NCBI GenBank assembly: GCA_036796755.1
Contig: DAIRCJ010000001.1
Location: 1 to 54,823 of the forward strand
Direction of reading: 5' to 3'
Source of the DNA: Candidatus Geothermocultoraceae bacterium
GTDB taxonomy: Bacteria > Actinomycetota > Aquicultoria > SKW223 > CALKMS01
DNA: 54,823 nt
In this document: positions 21,001-28,439 of the stretch, piece by piece
Position numbering within the stretch: the stretch's first letter is position 1
Layout: each line of letters opens with the position of its first letter
Position numbers and translations under genes: made by a program
The notes under the pieces: model-generated
Told to the model about the DNA's origin: nothing
Databases searched by the model: none
The model's input: the letters and a program-made list of their open reading frames with translations, nothing else

Positions 21001-21506
21001 ATTCCTTCACCAAAAAAGGCGATATGATGGCTAATTTTACTCTGGAGGACTTTGAAGGTTCGTTCCAGATAATTGTTTTTCCTACCGTTCTTACTTCCAA
21101 CCGGGAAAAAATTGCCGATGAAAAAATTATTTTCCTTAAAGGGCGAGTTGACCGACCGGAAGATAAGCAAAATACCAAAATTATTGCTCGGGAAATTTTT
21201 GACTTAAAGGAAGCCAGCGAAATGGAAAAACCATTGAAAGAAGGCCTGGAAAAACCTCAGCCAAAGAAAAAAAAGAAGCTCTTTTTAAAACTGGATTCCG
21301 AAAAGCTTAACTCCGAGTTCAAGGATTATTTAAAACAAGCTTTTCTTAAGTATTCAGGGGATTCCGAAGTTTTTCTTAGATTGCAGGAAGCTGAAAAAGA
21401 GCAGATTTTCCGATTAAGAAAGTATTCAGTTCGAATTTGCCCAGAACTTTTAGCTGAGCTTTCTCATTATCTTGGCCAGCAAAACATAGTTGTTTCCGAA
21501 AATTAA
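18033..21506 (+). CDS. dnaE: DNA polymerase III alpha subunit
   Basis: 1157 aa. Has an N-terminal PHP domain (HLHVHSEFSLLDG), the Pol IIIalpha core and a C-terminal OB fold. No intein-size insertion. Confidence 0.97.
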   Translation: MMGKERNNFVHLHVHSEFSLLDGAIKIPELVERADELGFKALALTDHGAMYGAIDFYQECVEKGIKPIIGCEIYLARHSRFDKSQPKGDSPHHLLLLAENNEGYQNLCQIVTQSYLEGYYYKPRADKELLEKYSGGLIALSACIAGEIPRELINSGDLKKARELAREYQEIFGKENFFLEIQDHGIKEQKIANEGLVKIGRELKIPLVATNDIHYLNARDREAHEVLLCIQTNSTLNDEDRLTFSSDQFYLKSEKEMAKIFADYPEALRNTLWIAERVNLNFDFNSLYLPHYSVPEGYTLESYLRELCFQGAKERFGEEIPQEVKERLEHELQVIEKMGFAGYFLIIWDVINAARERGIRVGPGRGSAAGSLVAYVLKITSINPLDYGLLFERFLNPERRTMPDIDIDFCEDRREEIINYVREKYGEDRVAQIITFSTMKARAAVRDAGRVTGYSYSFVDKLAKLITKETIEQSISEVSEVREKYQNDEDARRILDTARRLEGLVRQDSIHAAGVVISREPLTRLVPLQRKGDAEIVTQYSMGALGKLGLLKMDFLGLRTLTVIENALKLIEENRGIKLDLDSLPLDDEKTYQLIQEGNTVGVFQLEKAGMRELLKELKPTRFEDIVAANALNRPGPIKSGMVRDFIDRKHGRKPIVYPHPLLEKILEETYGTIVYQEQVMGIASELAGYTMAEADILRKAMSKKEKNLLEEQKRIFVSKAVEKGVEKEKAISIFETMAPFVEYAFNKSHSTAYALIAYQTAYLKAHYPIEFLTALLSSVKEDKDKVALYIYEAKKWGIKIFLPDVNKSQEDFSIEGNSIRFGLSAIRNVGSSVVEEIISSRQTRPFQSFLDFLTRVDLSRVNKKAVESLIKAGAFDSLGYKRKELLNSYPLFLEMIQKQKKEQEKGQMSLFGKEEVEETKENIEKLGEFEQSELLSMEKEMLGVYVSGHPLTGLEKLLEFHISHTSSALEETVDGQEIVVGGVITSLKNSFTKKGDMMANFTLEDFEGSFQIIVFPTVLTSNREKIADEKIIFLKGRVDRPEDKQNTKIIAREIFDLKEASEMEKPLKEGLEKPQPKKKKKLFLKLDSEKLNSEFKDYLKQAFLKYSGDSEVFLRLQEAEKEQIFRLRKYSVRICPELLAELSHYLGQQNIVVSEN

Positions 21507-21595
21507 CTTCTTTTTTCAAAATTATATTTGAAATGAAATTACTCACACAAATAAGTTGGACGACATTGCATAAATTGGAATGAAGAAATGTATAA

Positions 21596-22468
21596 ATGAT
21601 ACCAAAGGAACTAAATAAATACGACTATAGAACAAATTTAATAATTGATAAAGACAATCCACTTCTTATTCAAAAAGCGTGGAGGGACCACTTTTCTAAC
21701 AGAAGCCATTGGGATGCCGGTTATGGGGGTCAAGCGTATCTCTCGAGACTAAACAGCGAGGATGCGTTAATTTGGAATGTTTTTAGATCTCTTCAACTTA
21801 GCGGCAAAAAAGGATTAAAAGTAATATCAGAAACGCTTGGAGTATCTAAGGTTGAAAGAATTCTTTTCTGGGGCTGTGACGTTGAACATCAAGGCGATGA
21901 ACAGCAATTGTTGAATATACTAATTCGCACAAGAGACGGTAAACTTTTGGGAACGATGACCGAGCCCGATTTAGTATTAATTACTGATGAGGAAGTTGTT
22001 TTTGTAGATTGTAAGTTGAATATGAGTTCCTATTCATCGCCATGGAAGGCGCAGGGAAAAGGAGCGGAGAAAAGAATGGAAATCTATAGAGATGAATTTA
22101 CTGAGTTGAATTATATTACTGATTGGAAAGATGTTTATCAACTAATTCGTCAATATGTATATGCTAAATTATTAAGCAAATACCTGAAAAAGAAAGCAAT
22201 TATAATACCACTAACTAACAAGACTCATATGAGGTTTTTGTTGAAACACTACCGAAAAATATTAAAGAGCCCTATAAACAAGAATGCTATCTTTCGAAAT
22301 TTTGCAACATGGCAATATCTCGGTGAAAAGATATCGGAAACAAACCTTTCAAACAGAAAAGTTATAGCAGCTAAGATAGATGAGGCTTTGAAAGTAGCAA
22401 GCTATTTGCCCAAAACAAATAATAAGAAGCTTGTGAAGAAGTCGAGGAAAGCTATTAAAAAGGATTAA
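21596..22468 (+). CDS. hypothetical protein, PD-(D/E)xK nuclease-like
   Basis: 290 aa in a very AT-rich stretch. SEDALIWNVFRSL is followed by EPDLVLITDEEVVFVDCKL, which matches a PD...(D/E)xK layout. Has a lysine-rich tail. The assignment rests on the motif only. Confidence 0.45.
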   Translation: MIPKELNKYDYRTNLIIDKDNPLLIQKAWRDHFSNRSHWDAGYGGQAYLSRLNSEDALIWNVFRSLQLSGKKGLKVISETLGVSKVERILFWGCDVEHQGDEQQLLNILIRTRDGKLLGTMTEPDLVLITDEEVVFVDCKLNMSSYSSPWKAQGKGAEKRMEIYRDEFTELNYITDWKDVYQLIRQYVYAKLLSKYLKKKAIIIPLTNKTHMRFLLKHYRKILKSPINKNAIFRNFATWQYLGEKISETNLSNRKVIAAKIDEALKVASYLPKTNNKKLVKKSRKAIKKD

Positions 22469-22749
22469 AAACTCCTGAGGGAGAATGCTGTTTACATAAT
22501 TAAATCGCTTATTGAACTCTGCGGCAAGGCCGAAACAAAAGAAGCTCCTGAAAAGGTTTTTGTAAAAGACAAATTAAATTATTACCTCCTATCATTCTTC
22601 TTCTCGCAACGAACTTGTTGGGAAATAACGCACGCTAGGTGCCGAAAATTTGGTTATGTTTGAAAATTTTCGATTAAATTTATAAGAGTGGAAACTGAAA
22701 GTTTAAAAAATTAGTTATAAATAAGGAGTATTATGGGACAGTTACTAAA

Positions 22750-23109
22750 TTGCGATATTCTGGCCATTATCCACATTTGCGATTTCTCTGGCGCGCTCCT
22801 TGCTTTATAAAAATCGTTTTTACTCTTACTTGGGATATACCAGTCCTTAATACGTTTCATTATGGCGATAAATATAGAATAGATTCGATTGAATTAAGAA
22901 ATCTTGATGTTAAATCTTTAAGAAAAGTATCAGAAAGAGTTACGAAGTATTACAAAGAAGCTTACAATTTTCAACCCAGAGAAAATCCTTTTAACTTTAT
23001 TCCAGAGAAAAAAAGAGAACAGACTCGTTCATTAATAAAATCAATGATAGAGGCTCTCGATTTGATTCGTTTTCACCCTGTAAAATCTGCGAAAACATTA
23101 CTGAGATGA
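22750..23109 (+). CDS. hypothetical small protein, start uncertain
   Basis: 119-aa TTG ORF with no SD. Its stop overlaps the helicase ATG (ATGA at 23106-23109). A well-placed AAGGAG + ATG (22733) opens a different frame (see findings). Confidence 0.35.
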   Translation: MRYSGHYPHLRFLWRAPCFIKIVFTLTWDIPVLNTFHYGDKYRIDSIELRNLDVKSLRKVSERVTKYYKEAYNFQPRENPFNFIPEKKREQTRSLIKSMIEALDLIRFHPVKSAKTLLR

Positions 23110-24356
23110 CTTTTGGTCAAAGCGAAATAAGAAAGCGATTGAAGCGAACATGGGTGACTTTTTTCGGGCGACACGGCAGACTTCTTCCAGTTCAAATCAA
23201 AACAATACCTGTGGTCATGGATGGGAAAAATGCCATTATTATGTCACCCACAGCAAGCGGAAAAACAGAAGCAGTGATTGCACCATTATTGGAAAGATTT
23301 CTCCAAGGAAGTTGGAAGAATTTATCCATACTTTATGTTTCACCAACGAGAGCTCTAGTGAATGATATGTATTATCGATTGGAAGACCAAATGGCTGACT
23401 TTCAAGTAAAGGTATCAATGAAAACAAGCGACAAACCCTCTTTTAAGCCTGATAATCCACCAAATGTCATAATAACCACGCCTGAATCTTTAGATTCATT
23501 GATCTGTCGTCACCCGCAAGCTTTTAGAGATTTACAAGCAGTAGTTCTTGATGAAATACATCTTATTGACAATAACTACCGTGGCGACCAGATTAGGATG
23601 CTTTTAAGAAGATTAGAATCTATTTCTGAAAACAATTTTAACACCTATGCTCTGTCTGCTACCATGGCTGATGCGGAAAGCTTAGGAATCAGGTATATGA
23701 AGGATTTTGAAATTATTCAAATTCCGGGAAGGCGAGAAATTGAATACACATTTGTTCGCTCTTTGCAGGAGGTTTATAAGTATACAAAGGCTGAAAATTT
23801 AAGAAAACTTTTAATTTTTTGCAATACCAGAGCTTTCACGGAGTCACTTTCAGCTGAGTGTAAAAATTCTTGGGGTATGAATAAAGTAGTTGTTCATCAT
23901 GGAAGCTTGAGTAAACAGATTCGCGAGGAAGCAGAAAGTTTTATGAAAGAAACAAAATATGGAGTTTGCGTTGCAACAATGACCTTAGAGATAGGCATTG
24001 ATATTGGAGACATAGATGCAGTTGTCCTTGCTGAAGTTCCCTGGAGTATTTCTTCCTTGCTTCAACGAATAGGAAGGGGAAATCGCCGAAAACAATTTTG
24101 CAGGGTTTTTGCTTTATATAATTCTGAAGAAGAGAAGTTAATGTTTGAAAAAATGATTAACGCAGCTAGAAATGGTAATTTGGAGTCAAAGAGTTATTTC
24201 CCAGATCTATCAGTAGTTATTCAGCAGATTTTTTCGTCCTTATTTGCACAACCGTCTGGACTAGAAGTTAATCATTTTTTAGAGCTCTTCAGCGAATTTT
24301 GTTCGAAGTCTGATTTAATTGATGTTTTGAAACATTTGGAGAAAAGGGGCGGATAG
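23106..24356 (+). CDS. Lhr-like DEAD/DEAH-box (SF2) helicase, N-terminal 416-aa part
   Basis: Helicase motifs: Q (LLPVQ), I (SPTASGKTEA), Ia (YVSPTRALVND), TTPESLDS, II (VLDEIH), III (SAT), HHGSLS, VATMTLEIGIDIGDID and VI (QRIGRGNRR). The ORF ends abruptly at TAG 24354-24356, inside what looks like a winged-helix domain. Confidence 0.85.
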   Translation: MTFGQSEIRKRLKRTWVTFFGRHGRLLPVQIKTIPVVMDGKNAIIMSPTASGKTEAVIAPLLERFLQGSWKNLSILYVSPTRALVNDMYYRLEDQMADFQVKVSMKTSDKPSFKPDNPPNVIITTPESLDSLICRHPQAFRDLQAVVLDEIHLIDNNYRGDQIRMLLRRLESISENNFNTYALSATMADAESLGIRYMKDFEIIQIPGRREIEYTFVRSLQEVYKYTKAENLRKLLIFCNTRAFTESLSAECKNSWGMNKVVVHHGSLSKQIREEAESFMKETKYGVCVATMTLEIGIDIGDIDAVVLAEVPWSISSLLQRIGRGNRRKQFCRVFALYNSEEEKLMFEKMINAARNGNLESKSYFPDLSVVIQQIFSSLFAQPSGLEVNHFLELFSEFCSKSDLIDVLKHLEKRGG

Positions 24357-24394
24357 AAAAAAAGGGAAGTAGGTGGTATGCGACTACCAGATTA

Positions 24395-24718
24395 ATGGAG
24401 GATGGTGAAAAAGGGAAAATTCACTCAAATATTCCTCCTGCAGAAGCATTCAAGGTCATTGATACAGTAACAAGAAAGATAATTGGGGAAGTGAATTTTC
24501 CAGTTGATGATATTTTTGTTCTGGCAGGAAGAATTTGGAAAATAGTTTCTGTCGAAGGAAACTTGAATAAAATTTATGCAAAACCATGGGGAGGTAAAGC
24601 TTATAATCCACGATTCAGGATTCACAACCAAAAGGGCCGCTTCTTTTATCTTCTACCCGAGAACATAAAGGAAAGAATAAAAAACCAAATTGACCTGCCA
24701 ATATCAGGTTTTAGTTAA
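24395..24718 (+). CDS. C-terminal fragment of the same Lhr-like helicase (frame -1 relative to 23106-24356)
   Basis: This frame is open from 24323. Reading IEKKGSRWYATTRLMEDGEKGKIHSNIP...VLAGRIWKIVSVEG...KIYAKPWGG resembles the Lhr WH / SH3-like domain 4. It has no SD of its own. Confidence 0.6.
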   Translation: MEDGEKGKIHSNIPPAEAFKVIDTVTRKIIGEVNFPVDDIFVLAGRIWKIVSVEGNLNKIYAKPWGGKAYNPRFRIHNQKGRFFYLLPENIKERIKNQIDLPISGFS

Positions 24719-24949
24719 TCCAACTAGCTTACAAACAAAGTATTTAACGGGCTTGCAGCCAAGATTTTAAAGGTTTCAAAACTTTCAAATTTCTTAACCT
24801 CTTTCTTACTCCATTTGGAGAATAGGGATTAAAGATTATTCAAAAATTTAATAGTAATCCCAAAATTTAGATTTGAGGGTCTAATCTGTTAAAGTTGGTA
24901 AGATTTATCTTGCTAAACTTATTGGTTATCGGTATTCTTACCAATTGAA

Positions 24950-26269
24950 ATGATAGAAATTAAGACGGTTCTTGTTGATAACTCAAACATCAATGATTTC
25001 AAAGAGAGTTTAAGAGAAAAGAATCGGCTGAAGCTGAAAAAACTGGCCCAGGTCCGAAAAATCATCGAAGAGGTTCTGAAAGAAAAAGACCGAGCTCTTT
25101 TCCTTTTAACAAAGGAGTTTGACGGGGTAGACCTTGAAGAAAAGGGTCTTCGAGTTACCGAGAGGGAAATAAAAGAGGCTTTAAAAAAAGCTGACCCTGC
25201 CTTTCTTGACCTTTTTCAGAAAGCACGAAAGAGAATTGAAAACTTTGCCTGCCAGGAGTTCCAGAAGATAAAAAGCTGGAGCTATAAAGATGGTCTGGGC
25301 AATGAATTGGGTCAGGTTTTTAAACCAGTAAAAAGAGCAGGATTTTATATCCCCGGCGGACGAGCTTTTTACCCTTCCACTCTTTTAATGAATATCATTC
25401 CGGCTAAAGTGGCAGGGGTAAAAGAAGTAGTCGTTTGCACTCCACCCGGGCCTGATGGGAAAGTTATTTCGGAAATTCTGGTTGCTTCAAGTCTTCTTGA
25501 GGTTAATGAAGTTTATCGGGTAGGGGGAGCTCAGGCTATAGCTGCTCTGGCTTACGGTACGGAAACAATCAAACCGGTTGATTTGATTGCTGGCCCGGGA
25601 AACATTTATGTGACCCTGGCTAAAAAGGAAGTTTTTGGCGAAGTGGGGATTGATTTACTGGCTGGCCCCAGCGAGATTGTAATACTGGCGGATGAAAATG
25701 CCAGCCCCGATTTAATCGCCGCCGATTTGCTGGCTCAAGCCGAGCACGACCCGGACTCTTTCTGCGCCCTGGTAACTACCTCCGGCGAACTTATTTTAAA
25801 GGTGAGAAAGGCTATAAACGAACAGATATCAGCTTTTTCAAAAAAAGAGGTGGCTCTAAAAGCCTTAAGAAGAAATGGCCTTCTAATTAACTGTTCCAGT
25901 CTTGAGTTAGCCATTGAGCTGGTTAATTTTTTTGCTCCCGAACATCTGGAGCTAATGCTTACTTCAGTTAATGAAGTGGTAAAACAAATTGAAAACTGTG
26001 GGGCTTTATTTATCGGCGAAAACTCACCGGTGGTGGCCGGTGATTATCTAGCTGGTCCCAGCCATACTTTGCCGACTTCTTTTTCTGCTCGATTTTTTTC
26101 GCCCTTATCGGTGCGAACTTTTCTAACCAGTTTTTCCACGGTTGAGCTGAGCTCAAAAGGTTTTCGGGAGCTGGCTCCAGAAATAATTGATTTTGCCCTT
26201 CTTGAAGGCCTTGAAGCTCACGCTGAGGCGATCAAAATAAGGCTTAACAAACAAAGAAATGAGTCTTAA
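24950..26269 (+). CDS. hisD: histidinol dehydrogenase
   Basis: 439 aa. Has GGAQAIAALAYGTE, AGPSE and LAQAEHDPDS. Confidence 0.95.
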   Translation: MIEIKTVLVDNSNINDFKESLREKNRLKLKKLAQVRKIIEEVLKEKDRALFLLTKEFDGVDLEEKGLRVTEREIKEALKKADPAFLDLFQKARKRIENFACQEFQKIKSWSYKDGLGNELGQVFKPVKRAGFYIPGGRAFYPSTLLMNIIPAKVAGVKEVVVCTPPGPDGKVISEILVASSLLEVNEVYRVGGAQAIAALAYGTETIKPVDLIAGPGNIYVTLAKKEVFGEVGIDLLAGPSEIVILADENASPDLIAADLLAQAEHDPDSFCALVTTSGELILKVRKAINEQISAFSKKEVALKALRRNGLLINCSSLELAIELVNFFAPEHLELMLTSVNEVVKQIENCGALFIGENSPVVAGDYLAGPSHTLPTSFSARFFSPLSVRTFLTSFSTVELSSKGFRELAPEIIDFALLEGLEAHAEAIKIRLNKQRNES

Positions 26270-27245
26270 GCCAGATTATCAAAGGATAAACGGGGTTCTG
26301 GTTAAAAAAAGCGCTTTAAAAGAGTTTTCAGATTTTGATGGGTTAATTCTTGATATTGACGGGGTTCTGGTTGATGTGAGGAACTCTTTTCACAAGGCTA
26401 TTGTTCAAACTGCTTCTTTTTTCTGCCGCCAGTATCTTCACCCTTCTCTGGTCAAAAAAATCTCTCCTTCCCTGATTAAAAAATTTAAACTTTACTCTGG
26501 CTTTAATAATGACTGGGACCTAACTTATTCTCTACTACTAACTCTGATTTCCTACTATGAGAATATTTTTCTCAAAAACAAAATTGCCGATTTTAACTCT
26601 TTTGTGCATAGCTTTCTGGAAGAGGCTGCTTTGAAGGGTGGAGGATTAAAGGGGGCCCGGAAAGTTTTTAATGAACAAATTAGAAACAGTGCCCGAAACT
26701 GGTTCCGCTTAATCCCTTATGACTCAGTAAAGACTTTTTTCCAAGAAATTTACGGAGGACAGGACTACTGCTTTTTTCTTTACGGTTTCAAACCCCGGCA
26801 GATTACGAAAAAGGGCCTGGTCAATCAAGAAAAGTTGCTGGTTAGCAAAGAGCTTTTAAGCCAGTTTTCTCCTGGTCTGGGGTTGATTACTGGGCGAACC
26901 CGGGAAGAAACTATCCTTTTTCTCAAACTTTCATCTTTACAATCTTTATTTAAGGATGAGGCTATCATTCATGATGGGAAACTGGCAAACAAACCTCATC
27001 CCGATTCGCTTAAGCACCTGATGGATTTTTTGGGTTTCAAAAAAGCAGTTTACCTTGGTGATGTTCTCGATGATTGGTTAATGGTTAAAAGGTATTGTAA
27101 AATTTATAAAGAAAAAAAAGTTCTGGGAGGAATTGTAGCCAGATCATACAAAGGGAAAAAACTTTTTTTGGAGCAAGGAGTGGATTTTTTAGCTGACTCA
27201 ACCGAAGCGGCTTTAAATTTTTTGCTAAAAGGAAGGAGAAAGTAG
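26259..27245 (+). CDS. HAD-superfamily hydrolase with large cap insertion (candidate histidinol-phosphate phosphatase)
   Basis: 328 aa. HAD motifs: I LILDIDGVLVDV, II GLITGRT, III K (NKPHPD) and IV YLGDVLDD. It overlaps the hisD stop and abuts hisB. Confidence 0.65.
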   Translation: MSLKPDYQRINGVLVKKSALKEFSDFDGLILDIDGVLVDVRNSFHKAIVQTASFFCRQYLHPSLVKKISPSLIKKFKLYSGFNNDWDLTYSLLLTLISYYENIFLKNKIADFNSFVHSFLEEAALKGGGLKGARKVFNEQIRNSARNWFRLIPYDSVKTFFQEIYGGQDYCFFLYGFKPRQITKKGLVNQEKLLVSKELLSQFSPGLGLITGRTREETILFLKLSSLQSLFKDEAIIHDGKLANKPHPDSLKHLMDFLGFKKAVYLGDVLDDWLMVKRYCKIYKEKKVLGGIVARSYKGKKLFLEQGVDFLADSTEAALNFLLKGRRK

Positions 27246-27246
27246 T

Positions 27247-27828
27247 GTGAGAAAAGCAAAGATTGAAAGAAAAACCAGAGAGACAAGTATATTAGTTGAG
27301 TTAAATATTGACGGCAGCGGGAAAGCCTCTATTGAAACCGACCTTCCCTTTTTGAACCATATGCTTGAGCTTTTAGCTCGCCATGCCAATTTTGATCTGA
27401 CTTTAAAAGCTAAAGGGGATTTGGAAGTTGACGCTCATCATACTGTTGAAGACATCGGGATTGTTCTTGGTCAAGCTTTAAGACAGGCAATAGGAAGTCA
27501 TAAAGGGATTAATCGATATGGCTTCAGTCTGGTCCCGATGGACGAGGCTCTGGCGCAGGTGGCTCTGGACATCAGCGGTAGGCCTTACCTTTCTTATGAA
27601 GTCAATTTCAATCAGGACAAAATCGGGGAGTTTAATACCGACCTTTTCCATGATTTTTTCCATGCTTTCGTTAATCACGCCGCTATAACTTTGCACTTGA
27701 AGACTTTATCTGGCCGCAATGACCATCATCTTATTGAATCAGTTTTCAAGGGTTTAGCTAAAGCCTTAGAGATGGCAGTTTCTCTTACTCGCCAGAATCT
27801 GCCTTCAACTAAAGAGGTAATTGATTGA
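27247..27828 (+). CDS. hisB: imidazoleglycerol-phosphate dehydratase (monofunctional)
   Basis: 193 aa. Has RETSILVELNIDGSG and DAHHTVEDIGI. No fused phosphatase domain. GTG start. Confidence 0.93.
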   Translation: MRKAKIERKTRETSILVELNIDGSGKASIETDLPFLNHMLELLARHANFDLTLKAKGDLEVDAHHTVEDIGIVLGQALRQAIGSHKGINRYGFSLVPMDEALAQVALDISGRPYLSYEVNFNQDKIGEFNTDLFHDFFHAFVNHAAITLHLKTLSGRNDHHLIESVFKGLAKALEMAVSLTRQNLPSTKEVID

Positions 27829-28439
27829 TTGTAGTTGTTGATTACGGTTCGAGCAACCTTTTAAGTGTTGCCAAAGCCTTTGATTATTTAAAGGTTCCCA
27901 ACAGGATAAGCTCTTTGCCTGAAGACATACTTGAAGCCAGTGGAGTAGTCTTGCCGGGAGTGGGTTCTTTTGGCCACTGTGTTAAAAATCTGCAGGAAAA
28001 AAACCTATTCGGGGCAATCACTGACTATATTAGCTCTGGCCGTCCTTACCTAGGGATCTGCCTCGGTCTTCAAATTCTTTTTGAAAGCAGCGTTGAAGAT
28101 GACAGCGTCAGAGGTTTGGGCATAATAAAAGGGAAGGTTTTGAAACTTCCCCCCGGGGTAAAAATTCCTCATATCGGCTGGAACCAGGTAAAGGTCAAGA
28201 AAAACCACCCTTTTCTTGACGGCGTTCCCCAGTCTTCCCATTTTTATTTTGACCATTCCTATTACTGTCAGCCGGAAAATTCTTCTGAAGTTATCGGGTT
28301 GACGGAGTACGGCATAGAATTCCCTTCGGTGGTAGGAAGAGAAAACATTCTTGGGGTTCAGTTCCACCCCGAAAAGAGCTCGACTTCTGGCTTACAAATT
28401 TTAAAGAATTTTGCCGATTATGTAGAGGGTAAGCGATGA
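27825..28439 (+). CDS. hisH: imidazole glycerol phosphate synthase, glutaminase subunit
   Basis: 204 aa. Has GICLGLQ and VQFHPEKS. Confidence 0.93.
   Translation: MIVVVDYGSSNLLSVAKAFDYLKVPNRISSLPEDILEASGVVLPGVGSFGHCVKNLQEKNLFGAITDYISSGRPYLGICLGLQILFESSVEDDSVRGLGIIKGKVLKLPPGVKIPHIGWNQVKVKKNHPFLDGVPQSSHFYFDHSYYCQPENSSEVIGLTEYGIEFPSVVGRENILGVQFHPEKSSTSGLQILKNFADYVEGKR

Noticed and set aside
21507-24949. Mobile-element hallmarks for the accessory cassette (integrase, transposase, flanking direct repeats, tRNA target)
   Set aside because: None was found by eye. Only weak A/T-rich similarities occur at the two borders, so the cassette is not called a mobile element.
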